Assembly: GCA_963740355.1 (NCBI GenBank)
Contig: CAVUDW010000003.1
Location: 416,001-480,000 of the forward strand
Length of the DNA stretch: 64,000 nt
Origin: an uncultured Gemmatimonadaceae bacterium
Lineage (GTDB): Bacteria > Gemmatimonadota > Gemmatimonadetes > Gemmatimonadales > Gemmatimonadaceae
Reading direction: 5' to 3'
Numbering within the stretch: position 1 is the first letter of the stretch; each line of letters begins with the position of its first letter. This document shows, one piece after another, positions 38,464 to 50,027 of this stretch. The notes under the pieces were generated by a model. The model worked only from the letters and a program-made list of their open reading frames with translations. It made no database searches and had not been told where the DNA came from. The translations under genes and the position numbers were made by a program.

Positions 38464-41400
38464 TCAGCTGACGGTGCGGACGTAGTCCCTGCCGCGAACG
38501 AGCACGAGCAGCGATGGGACGAGGAAGAGCGTGATCGGTGTGGAGAGGGCCAGTCCACCGAGGACGGCCAGCGCCAATGGCTTCTGAAGCTCACTTCCTG
38601 CGCCGAGGCCGAGCGCCAGCGGCAGCAGGCCGAAGAGCGTGCAGAGTGTCGTCATCAGGATCGGTCGCAGGCGCACGCGCGCCGCCTCCCGCAGCGCCGG
38701 TTCGAGTGCCAGCCCGCGCTCCCGCATCACGTGGTCGGTGAAGTCGAGCAGGATGATGCCGTTCTTCACGATCAGGCCTACCAGAAGGATCGCGCCCATG
38801 AAGCTGCTCACGTTCAGCGGCGTGCCGGTCACCAGCAGCGCGAGGATCGCACCGACGAAGCTGAGCGGGGCTGCAAGGAGCACCACGCACGGCTCTACGA
38901 AGCTGCGGAACTGGATCACCATCACGGCAACGACACTCACCGCCGCCAGTGCCAAGACGAGCAACAGGCTGGCGAACGCGGTCTGCTGCGTCGCATACTG
39001 GCCACCCAGCTCGATCCTGACGCTCTTGGGCGCCGGATGTGCAGCGAGCACCACGCGCACGTCCTTCATCACATCGCCGAGCGACCGCGTCGACACGTCG
39101 GCGGTGAGGCGCACGAGTTGCTGCTGATTCTCGCGTAGCAGTTCGGCGCGGACCGTCTGCGGTGTGAAGCTGGCCACCGCGCCCAGCGGCGTGGCACTGC
39201 GACCGGCCGTCGTGATCACCGGCAGCGACGCCAGTGCGCTCGCGTCGAAGCGCACGGCATCCGGTGACCGCACGCGCACTGCGATGGCGCGGTCATCGAG
39301 TCGCAGCTCCCCTGCCGACACGCCGAGCAGCGCGCCGCTGACGCTGGTCGCGACCTGCTCCGGCGTCACGCCGAGCCGCGTCGCCTCCACGCGGTCGATG
39401 GCCATCGACAGCTCGGCACTGGGCTCGGCGTTGCCGTCGTACACGTCCTCGAGCCCCTCGACCTTCCCCAGGTCGGCCGCCAGTACCTTGCCGTAGCGCT
39501 CGAGCGCCAGCAGATCGGGGCCGAAGAGCTTGATCTCCACCGGCTTCGCCGCACCGGCCAGGTCGTTGATGACGTCAGACAGGATCTGCACGAACTCGAC
39601 GCGCAGGCGCGGCATCGTGGTCGTGATCGAGTCGCGCACACGTCCGATCACACTCCTGCGTCGACGCACTCCGGTTCGCGCGCATCCGCACCACCATGTC
39701 GCCCCGGTTCTGTTCCGTGGCGAACAGGCCGAGTTCGGCGCCGGTCCGTCGCGAGGTCGCCTCGATCTCCGGGGTCCGCGCGAGCAGCGTCTCGACCTGA
39801 TGGATCATCCGGTCGGTTTCGTCGAGCGCGGTGCCGCCGGGCGTCCAGTAGTCGAGGACGAAGGCGCCTTCATCCATCTCCGGCAGGAACCCGGTCCCGG
39901 TGAAGCGATACGCCACGATGCCGCCGCATGCGAGGACGACGACCGTCACTCCGACGAGCATCGCGGTGGTGCAGCACGCCGTCGAGTGCCCGGTCATACC
40001 ATCGCTCGACGCGACCCGGCCCATGATCGACAGTCTCCGTGCCGGTCAGGTACGCTGCGCACAGCAGCGGGATGATCGTGAAGGCCAGGACGAGCGACAC
40101 CAGCACGGCGATGGTCAGCGTGAGCGAGAGCGCAGCGAAGAACTGGCCGACCACTCCCTCCAACAGCCGGAGCGGTGCGAAGACGACCACGGTCGTGAGC
40201 GTGGACGTCGTGACGGGCCACAGGAGCTCCTGCACCGCATCGCGGATCGCCACGGAGCGCGTCGGCGTCATGCCGAGGTGCCGCACGATGTTCTCGGTCA
40301 CCACCACGGCATCGTCGATCACCAAGCCAATCGCAATCGCCAGCGCGCCAAGCGTCATCAGGTTGAACGTCTGCCCGAGCAGCGACATGATCCAGACGGT
40401 GATCGCGAGGGTGAGCGGGATCACCGAGGCGCTGATGGCCGTCACACGCCAGTTGCGCAGGAACACCAGCAGCACGACGACGGCCAGTGCGGCACCGATC
40501 AGCATCGCATCACGCACCGAGGCCACCGCCGCGCGCACGAGCACCGCCTGGTCGTACACCGGCTTGAGCGCCACCCCCGACGGCAGCGTCGTCGAGAACT
40601 GCGCCGCCAACGCCGCAATGCTGTCGGCCATGCGCAGCGTATTGCCACCGGGCTGCCGCGTCACGTTCAGGAGCGCGGCCGGCCGACCGTCGCCCGCGAC
40701 GAGCCGCACACGATCCTCACGCCCGAGCGTGACGGTGGCGACGTCACGCACCCGTAGGCCGCCGCCGATTGGCACACTCGCGACATCGTCCGGTGAGCGC
40801 GCCTCGCTCTGCGTCACGATCAGATACTGCTTGTAGTCTCGTGCCACGCGACCCACGGCATTCACGCTCGTGGCCTGACGGATGGCGCTGGCGAGGTCCT
40901 CGTACCCGAGGCCGACCTGCGCGAGGCGGGCCGGATCGGCCACGACCTCGAGTTCCCGGACGCTGCTGCCTTGCACATCAACGCGCCCGACGCCGGGCAC
41001 GCGCGCGAACACAGGCCCGATCTGGAAGCGTGCAATGTCGTAGAGACGTCGCCGCGTCACCGCCTTCGAGGTTGTAACTCACGATGGGGAACACGGACGG
41101 CGTCAGCCGCTCCACCTGCAGCACGATGGCCGCTGGCAGCTGCGACCGCACGGCGTTCACGCGGGCCTGCACCAGCTGCAGGGCGACCTGCATGTCCGTG
41201 GTCGGCTGGAACGTGACGTTGATCTCGCTCCCGCCACGAATGGAGCGCGACTGCACACGTGTGACGCCGGGCACCACACTCACCGCTTCCTCGAGAGGAC
41301 GCGTGACGCTGAAGACCTGCTGCCGCGCGCCGAGTGTACTGCCCTCGGCCACGACGGCGACGCGCGAGAATTCCAGCTCGGGATAAATCGAGCTCGGGAG

Positions 41401-41520
41401 TCGGAGCGCGGCCCACACGCCGGCGGCGGCGCCGAGCGTCACGGCGAGGAGCACGAATCGCCGCTGCGACGCGAGCAACGAGAACAGTCCGCCGCGTGGT
41501 GTCTCCTTGGGCTCAGTCAT
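38464..41520 (-). CDS. RND efflux permease (CusA/CzcA/AcrB family), split by three frameshifts
   Basis: NLMTLGALAIAIGLVIDDAVVV, GFLPEMDEG, VKNGIIL, RLRPILMTTL; frame changes near 41055, 40000 and 39660. Confidence 0.88.
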
Positions 41521-42560
41521 CAACGCCGGACCGAAACGTGCACGCCGTCGTCGACCTGATACGCCCCGTCAGTGACGATGCGCTCACCGACCGCCACCCC
41601 TGTGTTGATCTCGACGCGGTCATTGCGGCGTGCACCGACCGTGATCGCTCGTGCATGCGCGACGTTTGCGCTGTCGACCACATAGAGGCGGAAGGCGTCG
41701 CCATCGGGGACGACGGCCGCCGCCGGCACCACGACGGCGTTGGCACGTGCCGCGAGCGCAATGCGACCGCTGACCGACTCGCCGATGCGCAGCTGCCGGA
41801 CCGTCTGCAACACACGCACGCGCACCGCGATGGTCCGCGTGGCACTGTCGATGGCCGCCGCGACGCTTGAGACGACACCAGTCCCAAGCGAGTCGTCTGC
41901 GTGCACGGCCCCCGACCCGAGCACCACCATCGCGCCTGGCGTGACGTGCGCTGCCTCCGTGGCACTCACGGCCAGCACGATGTCGGTGAACCGCGGATCG
42001 GCCACCTCCACCAGCGACGCCGTGCCGTCCACGCTGGCGCCGAGCGTGGCGCTGAGACGTGTGACGACGCCGTCGATTGGCGAACGCACCGTCGCCAGCG
42101 TGCGAAGCCGTCGCGCGGACGCGGCGGCCGCCGAGGCTTGCGCAAGCTCACTCATCGCGACATCGAGATCCTTGCGCGGCGCGATCCCTGCCGTCACCAG
42201 CCGCTGGGCGCGCTCCTGTGCGTGCGTGGCCGTCAGGAGCACCGCGGTGGCCCCCTGCACCGCCGCATTGAATGGCGCCGGGTCCAGCTCGACCAGCACC
42301 GCGCCCGCCGTCACACGATCACCGACCGCCACGCGCACCGCACTCACCCGCGCCGCGCCCGGCGCGCCGAGCGAGGCGATGTGTCCTGGCCGCACCGCCA
42401 CGACGCCGATGGCATCGATGGCGTCGGCAAACGTCTCGGACGTGACGGTGACCACGCTCACCGCCACGGTAGGCGACTCCGGCGCTCCGCTCGCCGAACC
42501 GCCTCCACAGGCCACGAGCGTCAAACCGCACGCCACCACTCCCAACCGTCGGGCCATCAC
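41520..42560 (-). CDS. RND membrane fusion protein (lipoprotein)
   Basis: LVAC lipobox; VAVGDRVTAG, VRSPIDGVV, IDSATRTI, VVVPAAAV. Confidence 0.9.
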   Translation of the reverse strand: MMARRLGVVACGLTLVACGGGSASGAPESPTVAVSVVTVTSETFADAIDAIGVVAVRPGHIASLGAPGAARVSAVRVAVGDRVTAGAVLVELDPAPFNAAVQGATAVLLTATHAQERAQRLVTAGIAPRKDLDVAMSELAQASAAAASARRLRTLATVRSPIDGVVTRLSATLGASVDGTASLVEVADPRFTDIVLAVSATEAAHVTPGAMVVLGSGAVHADDSLGTGVVSSVAAAIDSATRTIAVRVRVLQTVRQLRIGESVSGRIALAARANAVVVPAAAVVPDGDAFRLYVVDSANVAHARAITVGARRNDRVEINTGVAVGERIVTDGAYQVDDGVHVSVRR

Positions 42561-43891
42561 GGGCGCTCCGTCTGTGTCACGAGCCGTTGGGCGGCAATCG
42601 CCGTCCAGAGGGTCGCGAGATCATCGATGTACTGCGTCATCACGTCACGGGCGTTGCGTCGCGCCTCCAGCACACTCGGGAGCGGCGCCGCCCCTTCGCG
42701 ATACGCCTGCACCGCGAGCGCGGCGACGCGCTCGGCGGTCGTCAGCAGGCGTGCATCCCGTTCAACGCGCGCCTCGGCGGCCGTCCGATCCCGGGTCGCG
42801 CGGGCGATCTGGCGCTGCGATTCGAGCGTGACGACCGCCAGGGCGGCCTGTGCACGCGCGCGCTCCGCCTCCGCTGCCTGCACGACGCCAGCGTTGCGTC
42901 CCGGGAATGGGATGGGGAACGCAACCCCAACCGTCGGCAGGCGCTGGGTCTGCGCACCGGTCGGATCACCCTGCTCGAAACCCGCCGTGAGACTTGGCGT
43001 GCCGAATCGCGACCGCTTCTCCAGCGCCACCTGGGCCTCGGCCGCTGATACGGACGCGGCGGCTGATGTGACGCGGAGGGGCGCGCCGTTGCTCGGCCTC
43101 GGTGCAGCGATGACCGGCACGCCGAGCGTGTCGGCCAGGCTGATGCGAAGCGTGTCGGCCGGTTCGCCGATCAGCGTCTGCACGTCGAGGAGCGCACTGA
43201 TTGCTGCGATGGAATCGCCCGCCGCCACGTTGGCCTGCTGTCCCGCGACGATGGTGGCGAGCTGCACGTCGAGTTCACTGGCGTCGCCGGCGTCGCGGCG
43301 TGCTTCTGCGATACGTCGCAGGCTGTCCGCGTCAGCCGCGTTGCGTCGGGAGAGCGTGGCGCGCGAGGCCGCCGCGAGCGCCCGCGTGTACGCGGTGTCC
43401 GCATCAAACGCGATGCTCGCACGATTGTAGGCAAACTGACCGCGCGCGGCGCGTTGCATGGCGCGCGCCACCGCGAGCCGGCGACTGCGCAGCAGCGCAC
43501 CATCCATCGGCAGTTCGCCGATGATGTGATACTGCGGAGAGGATTGGGTGTAGCTCGCCTGCAGGTTCGGCTGAAATCGCACACCTGCCGTGCGGTAGTC
43601 GGCGGCGGCGCGGGCGGTATCCGCGGCGATGAACGCGACCAATGGTCCACGCGTCACCGCGGCGGCGACCGCGTCGAAGCGGGACACTGGTCGCTGGGCC
43701 TGCGCCGAGGCGGTCACGAGACACACCAGGAGCGCACTCGCGAATCTCGCTCGAGGAATACGGTGGCCTGCGGCGCGATTCGCACGGTCGCCGACCATGT
43801 GCCCGTCTGAAGCCAACGGCCGCGTGTGCCGACGCATCAGCAGACGCCACGTCATCTGAACGAGTCGGCGCCGCGACGCGAGCTGCCGCAT
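42557..43891 (-). CDS. TolC family outer-membrane efflux protein
   Basis: RRDAGDASELDV, AYREGAAPLPSVLEA; upstream of MFP and RND. Confidence 0.85.
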   Translation of the reverse strand: MRQLASRRRLVQMTWRLLMRRHTRPLASDGHMVGDRANRAAGHRIPRARFASALLVCLVTASAQAQRPVSRFDAVAAAVTRGPLVAFIAADTARAAADYRTAGVRFQPNLQASYTQSSPQYHIIGELPMDGALLRSRRLAVARAMQRAARGQFAYNRASIAFDADTAYTRALAAASRATLSRRNAADADSLRRIAEARRDAGDASELDVQLATIVAGQQANVAAGDSIAAISALLDVQTLIGEPADTLRISLADTLGVPVIAAPRPSNGAPLRVTSAAASVSAAEAQVALEKRSRFGTPSLTAGFEQGDPTGAQTQRLPTVGVAFPIPFPGRNAGVVQAAEAERARAQAALAVVTLESQRQIARATRDRTAAEARVERDARLLTTAERVAALAVQAYREGAAPLPSVLEARRNARDVMTQYIDDLATLWTAIAAQRLVTQTERP

Positions 43892-44868
43892 CAGAACCGC
43901 ACGGAGAGTGCGAGGCCGGTTTGTCCTGCGGGTGCGGCGGAGACCGAGGCCGACATCGTTGGTCCGTGACCGGACGGCAGGAACACGCGGTCGATCCAGT
44001 TGTCGGGTGAGGCGTGCTGACGACGCACCACCGCCATCCCGCTGAGCGTACCAACGCCGGCACCGAGCATCACGTCGCTCAGCCAGTGCTTGTCGTTGTA
44101 GACGCGTGACGCACCAACGAGCGCCGCGGCGGCGTAGGCGATGGGCGCGATGTAGCGGGCGTGCCGCGGCCAGCGGTGGCGCGATTCACCGGCGAGCACC
44201 GCGGCCACGGCGAATGCGGCGGTGGTGTGCCCTGATGGAAACGATTGGTATGCTCCACCACCTCGGAAGCCACGCCCTAAGCCGAAAGAACCCGGCATCG
44301 AGTCGCCGACGGCGTACGGGCGTGCGCGACCGAACGCCCCCTTGAGCACGGATGTGAGCACCGCGCTCGTGACAATCGCGCCCGTCGCGTGCAATCCCAC
44401 ATCCGCCACCGTCCGGTTGTGCAACAGCACGCCGGTGCCGTATGCCCCGAGACTGAGCACGACGGTCCCTGGATCACCGAGCTCTCGGAAGAACGCTGCG
44501 GTCCGTCGCACCGCCGGAGGACGCTGCCACTCCGTCTCCTGCGCCTCGCGCGCTAGCGACCCGTCGAACGGGCTCGCAACAGCAGCGGCGAGGATGAACG
44601 CACCGGTCGTCAGGAGTTCGCGTCGTGTCACGAGCGCGTGTGACGAGTCCCACACCACGGCGACGTGGGGCTGAGGGCCCGTTGGGCCGCGACCGGGCTG
44701 GCGACAACCAGCGTAACGCAACACAGGGTGAGCGAAATTGGGAGGCGCACGACGCGGACGACAGGGGTGATGGCGCCAGCCGCGCGCAGTGCCGCAGCGA
44801 CGGGTAACCGGGCTCCGACCAGAGCTCTGCCGCTGGATCGTAGTCCGCGAAGATGACTGCCGGATCAC
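43891..44868 (-). CDS. PAP2 family phosphatase (start uncertain)
   Basis: KGAFGRARP, SFPSGHT, SRVYNDKHWLSDV. Confidence 0.88.
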   Translation of the reverse strand: MIRQSSSRTTIQRQSSGRSPVTRRCGTARGWRHHPCRPRRAPPNFAHPVLRYAGCRQPGRGPTGPQPHVAVVWDSSHALVTRRELLTTGAFILAAAVASPFDGSLAREAQETEWQRPPAVRRTAAFFRELGDPGTVVLSLGAYGTGVLLHNRTVADVGLHATGAIVTSAVLTSVLKGAFGRARPYAVGDSMPGSFGLGRGFRGGGAYQSFPSGHTTAAFAVAAVLAGESRHRWPRHARYIAPIAYAAAALVGASRVYNDKHWLSDVMLGAGVGTLSGMAVVRRQHASPDNWIDRVFLPSGHGPTMSASVSAAPAGQTGLALSVRF

Positions 44869-45035
44869 CGCGCCTGCGCGTCTGCCAAGGCTGAGGCGCT
44901 GCCCTGATGCTCGACCGCCGTGATCCTGCCGTCATCTCGGCTCACGTATGCTTGCCCCACACAGGCGCAGCGCATCGCCGCAGATCGCTCTGTGGGCGTG
45001 CGGCGCAACTCACTCATGCTCTGGGGACTCAGACG

Positions 45036-45476
45036 ATGCACACCCTCCGCCTCGATGGCACACTGCACGCGCTCCGGCATGTGATCGCACGCTCGGCGCT
45101 CACCATGGCATTGACTGCCGCACTCACGTCCGCAGCGCATGCCCAGCGCACACCGGGCACGGGTCCGATGAAAGAGGACCGCAAGGGTCAGCTGGCGATG
45201 GCGAGAGTCTCACCGGATTCCGCACGTCGTCTGGCGCGTGCCCGCGTCGCCGGCGCTAGCATCGCCGAGGAGGGGATCGAACAGGAGAACGGCAAGCTGG
45301 TCTACTCATTCGACATGCGGACGCCGGGCCGCTCCGGCATCGACGAGGTGCTGGTCGACGCGATGTCGGGCGCGATCATCTCGGTGGCGCACGAAGGTCC
45401 GAGGGAGGAGGCTGCGGAGCGTGCGCAGGATGCGCGGGAACGCCGCGCGCGCCGGGATTCGGTACGAAAGCCCTGA
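45036..45476 (+). CDS. PepSY domain protein
   Basis: Close paralog of 21536-21964. Confidence 0.85.
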   Translation: MHTLRLDGTLHALRHVIARSALTMALTAALTSAAHAQRTPGTGPMKEDRKGQLAMARVSPDSARRLARARVAGASIAEEGIEQENGKLVYSFDMRTPGRSGIDEVLVDAMSGAIISVAHEGPREEAAERAQDARERRARRDSVRKP

Positions 45477-45564
45477 GATCCACACGCTGATGCGACCCTC
45501 GCTGCGGCGCAACGAGGTGACGCAGGTCGGCGAGCGGCGATGAAACGCACATCGTGCGGTACGC

Positions 45565-47417
45565 CTACGGCCTGGCCGCAGCGCCGGGAGCCGGGCCCGG
45601 CTCTCGGACCACGCGCGGCATGCCGTCCTCCCACGGGCTGTCCGTGAGCGGCCGCTTCCCTGACCCATCGGCATTCATGACGAAGATCCCACCGTAGGGT
45701 TGGAACGTGTTGTCGTAGAGCGACGCCTCGTCCTTGAACCCGTACATTCCGCTGTTCCACAGCAGCTGCTTCCCATCGGCGCTCCAGACACCGTGCGCGT
45801 CGTTGGATGGGCTCGTCGTCAGGCGGCGCAGCCCAGTGCCGTCCGGGCGGATGGTGAAGATGTCGAAGTTGTTCTGCTCATGGCGCCGGGTGAACGTGAT
45901 CAGCGACCCGTCGGGTGACCAGAATGGGAGGTTGTCGTACTCGGTGGTGAGCGTGCGTGTCGACGAATCGCGCAGATTCAGGACGCGCAGCCCCCACGTC
46001 GTGCCACCCCAGACGCGGTACACCAGCTGCGTGCCGTCAGGGGACCAGCTCGGGAAGCCCGCGTTGAGTGTGTCGCCGGTGAGACGCGCGCAACTCGCTC
46101 CCGTCGCGCCGCATCAGCATCAGCTTCGCCGATTGCGTCTTGCGGGCCTGCAGGTAGCCACCGACGCCGAAGGCAATCCACTGCCCATCGGGCGACCACG
46201 TCGGGGCGAAGGCCGCCCCCTGCGCCACCGTGAACACTCGGCGCTTGTTCGACCCGTCGGCCGCCATGACGGAGATGGTGCCATCCGACGCGGCCTTCTC
46301 CGTCAGCACCAGCGTGCCGTCACTCGCCTGCACGGGAAAGACGTCGGTGTAGCGGTACTCGAAGTCTGCATCCCAGCTGTAGAGCGGCGTGTTCTGGGCG
46401 CGCGGACTGAAGTCCACCGTTTCGTACACGACACGCGCACCGTCTGGCGACCACGCGGGCGACCGGAGCGCACGCTGGAATCCGCCGCGTGTTACGCGTC
46501 TGCGCGACCCCCACGGTCGGCCCGGACTTAACCAGGTAGGCGATGTTCGTTGCGTCGAGAAACTGCGGCGCGACCTTCAGTCCCGGTCCCGTGGTCTCCA
46601 CTTGCCGCACGTTCGTCGCGAGCGTGACGGAGACGATCTGTGACGTCGCGCCGGACCCAATGCCCGGGCGCAGTCGTGCGAACCACGTCTCTTCGACGGG
46701 GAGTTCATAGAAGACCAGACGCGTACCGTCAGCCGACCACTTCGGCGAGCCGGCCGCCACGCCCGACGCCGTGATCTGTCGTAGCCCTGTGCCGTCAGGG
46801 TGCACGATGTAGATCGACGACTCCTGCACATGCTCCCACCCTGACCCGTTGCCGTGTCCGCGCCACTCGGTGTTGCGGTCGGAGGAGAACGCAATCCACC
46901 GACCGTCCGGGGACCACGACGGGCGCAGGAACGCGTGGGGCTTCGTCGTGTCACCCTGGATCGCGCGACTCGTCGTCACACCACGCACCGCACGGGTGCG
47001 CAGGTTCATGATCCAGATGTTCGCCGTGCGTGCGCCACGCGTGGACACGAACGCCAGCTGTGTCCCGTCAGGTGACAAGGCCGCCTGGTCATCGAGTGCC
47101 GGGCTGTCCGTCAGCCGCTCGAGTCCCGTGCCGTCGGAACGGACTCGATAGATGTCCGCTTGGCCGCTGCGAGGACGCTCGGAGGTGAACACGATCCAGC
47201 GCCCGTCGTGTGACCACGAGGCGTGGTAGTCGAAGCTCGAGTCCGCGAACAGCCGACGCTCACCGGACCCGTCGGCGTTCGCGATGTGCAGCGTGGACGC
47301 CGATGGACCGATACGGTTCATCAGCATCACACCGGGCTGTGCATGCGCGTGTGTCGACGCGACGACGGACAGCAGCACGACGAAGAGCGGGACGAAGCGG
47401 AAGCGTAGCAGCGTCAT
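45565..47417 (-). CDS. TolB-like PD40 beta-propeller protein, frameshifted
   Basis: Signal peptide; repeated WSPDG/WSHDG/WSADG; frame changes near 46470 and 46085. Confidence 0.82.
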
Positions 47418-47794
47418 GGCGATGGCTCGGCAGCGAGTCTGTCGGTGATGGATCAGCAGGCGTTCCTCTGCATGGTGAGCGTATTACCTCATTCAGCCGC
47501 CGGCAGCCCGTCATGGTGTGAGCGGCACCTGGATGTGACGAATGGCATCCCGGCCATGCCGAGCACAGGCCATCGGTGCCGCGCGGACGCCACCCCACCC
47601 CCGGGCGCCGCACCCACCGACACCATCGAGGTGCCGTTCACGCTGCCCAGGTGCGATTGGCACGGCACCGCTGGCGCGCAGCCCCGGCTCCACGATTGCT
47701 TTCAATCTAAGGCCAGTCTGCTCACGGCCACATCGACCACCTGCGCCCCCGCCACATCGTGCGTGCCCCACCTTCGGCGACCATCGCTGCGACG

Positions 47795-49024
47795 ATGAAT
47801 GCGTCGACTGAGCCTTCGGTCGACTCGCGTGGTTCGGAGCGCGAACCGCTCCGCCTCGTCGAAGTTGCGGTGGTCTGCGCCGTGTGGGCGTTCTTCGCCG
47901 TCCTCAACCTGCTGTTCGTCGCCTTCACGACGCGCGATGGCGACGCGGGCAGGGGCGGCATCTCGCTCGTCACCGAAGGACGCCACGTCATCCTGCCCAC
48001 GGTGTGGGCCCTGCTCACGATTGTCGTACTCTGGTCGAGTCGGTATGTCCGCCTCGACCGTGCCTTCTGGCGGCAACGTGCACTCGTCGTCATCGGCGTC
48101 TCCGTGATCATCGCCTTCGGCACCGACCTGATCACCGACGCGCTGTGGGATGCCATCGTGCCAGCGTCCATTGAAGATGGGCGTAACACCATCTCCCGAC
48201 GCTTTCGCCCTGGCATTGCCAATTTCAGCTGGCTCGATGACCTCGGAGTCTTCTGGGCCGCGGTCGCCATCGCGTCAGCGCGCGGCTACGTCCTCCGAGA
48301 GCGGGAGCGGCGCCACGCCGAACGCCGTCACACCGAGGCTCTGCGCGCGGAAGCGGCGCAATTGCAGATGCAGCTGGTGGCGGCGCGACTGGATGCACTC
48401 CAGCGGCAGATGGACCCGCACTTCCTGTTCAACACCCTCAATGCCGTCTCGGCGCTCGTCGAGCGGGACCCGCACGGCGTGCGCCAGATGGTCGCGGAGC
48501 TGAGCGACTTGCTGCGGCACAGCATGAGCGCCACCACGGTTCCCGAAGTGCCGCTGCGCGAGGAGCTCGCCCTGCTCGAGCGCTACACCAGCATCATGCA
48601 GATTCGCTTCGCCGAGCAGCTGCGCCTGGTGATGCGCGTCGACGACGATACGCTCGATGCCATCGTACCCAACCTGATTCTGCAGCCGCTGGTGGAGAAT
48701 GCGATTCGCCATGGCGTCGAACACCGTGCCGACGGCGGCCAGATCATCGTCGAGGCACTACGGGATGGCGGGCAACTCGTCCTGCGCGTCCATGATGAGG
48801 GCCCGGATTTGTCGGGAGCACAAGCGGTGACGTCGCCGCGGTCCGATGGTGGCGTCGGACTCCGGAACACCGCATCGCGCCTGACGGCGCTGTATGGTGA
48901 TGCACAGGCTTTGACGCTCACCGCGATTCCAGTTGGCGGGACGGTCGCGGAGATTCGCCTGCCGTTCCGGACGCACGCGCGCCCCAGCGAATTCGCCTCC
49001 CGTTCGGAGACAGGGCATGCCTGA
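47795..49024 (+). CDS. LytS/YehU-type sensor histidine kinase
   Basis: QMDPHFLFNTLN, LREEL, LQPLVENAIRHG, GVGLRN. Confidence 0.92.
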   Translation: MNASTEPSVDSRGSEREPLRLVEVAVVCAVWAFFAVLNLLFVAFTTRDGDAGRGGISLVTEGRHVILPTVWALLTIVVLWSSRYVRLDRAFWRQRALVVIGVSVIIAFGTDLITDALWDAIVPASIEDGRNTISRRFRPGIANFSWLDDLGVFWAAVAIASARGYVLRERERRHAERRHTEALRAEAAQLQMQLVAARLDALQRQMDPHFLFNTLNAVSALVERDPHGVRQMVAELSDLLRHSMSATTVPEVPLREELALLERYTSIMQIRFAEQLRLVMRVDDDTLDAIVPNLILQPLVENAIRHGVEHRADGGQIIVEALRDGGQLVLRVHDEGPDLSGAQAVTSPRSDGGVGLRNTASRLTALYGDAQALTLTAIPVGGTVAEIRLPFRTHARPSEFASRSETGHA

Positions 49025-49871
49025 CCGGGCGAACATCCCCCATCCGCCCGTGCGCGTCCTGGTGGTCGACGACGAACGGCTGGCGCGCGTTCGCCTCGAA
49101 GATTTGCTGCGCCGAGAACGGGACGTAGACATCGTGGGTCTGGTCAATCACGGCGGTGCAGCGGTGGAGGCCATTCGGCGCCTGCGGCCGGACATCGTAT
49201 TTCTCGACGTCCAGATGCCGGTGATGTCAGGTATTGATGTGCTTCATGCCCTGAGCCCCGCGGAGGTGCCCATCGTCGTCTTCGTCACTGCGTTCGACCA
49301 GTACGCGGTGCAGGCCTTCGATCAAGCGGCGGTCGACTACCTGCTCAAGCCGTTCAGCGACGCGCGGTTCGATGAAGCGCTGCGCCGCGCCCGGCGTCAG
49401 GTGGCGCTTGCCGAACTCGACGCCCATCGCGCGGCCCTGGTTGCCGCCCTGACGCGGTTCCGGCCGCCCGAGGGGGCGGAGGCCGGTGCTGGTGACTCGG
49501 AGCCCGCCACAGCCGTGCCAGCACCCGCCGTCACCTACGTCGAGCGCATCCCGGTCGAGATGCGGGGGAAGGTCATGTCGGTGCCGGTCAGCCGGCTCGA
49601 CTACGTCACCGCCAGTGGTTCGTACGCGGAGCTCCATGTCGGTGACCGCACCTACCTGATCCGCGAGTCGATGCAGGCGCTCGAGGCACGACTCGATCCG
49701 GCGCTGTTCCTTCGGGTGCACCGCTCCGTGATTGTCCGCCTCGCACTCGTCGAGGTGCTGCACCGGTCGGGGGGCGGCGACTACGAGGTGCAGCTGAAGA
49801 CCGGTCTCAGGCTGCCGGTGAGCCGGTCCCGGCACACCGCGCTGGAGCGGTGGCTCGGGCTGTCGCGCTGA
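49017..49871 (+). CDS. LytTR family response regulator
   Basis: VVDDERLAR, FLDVQMP, TAFDQYA, FLRVHRS, LPVSR. Confidence 0.95.
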   Translation: MPDRANIPHPPVRVLVVDDERLARVRLEDLLRRERDVDIVGLVNHGGAAVEAIRRLRPDIVFLDVQMPVMSGIDVLHALSPAEVPIVVFVTAFDQYAVQAFDQAAVDYLLKPFSDARFDEALRRARRQVALAELDAHRAALVAALTRFRPPEGAEAGAGDSEPATAVPAPAVTYVERIPVEMRGKVMSVPVSRLDYVTASGSYAELHVGDRTYLIRESMQALEARLDPALFLRVHRSVIVRLALVEVLHRSGGGDYEVQLKTGLRLPVSRSRHTALERWLGLSR

Positions 49872-50027
49872 TATCCGCGCGCCACGATGCCGGCCCCTCC
49901 AATGTGCGATTTCAACCGGCGCTTTTTTACACTCTCAAATCAGCACTGACTGCGCTCCGCAATTCAGAACAAAACGAACGTGCGATTGCTGCCACGTCGC
50001 AGACCGTGCCGACCGCCCGCGGCGCCG

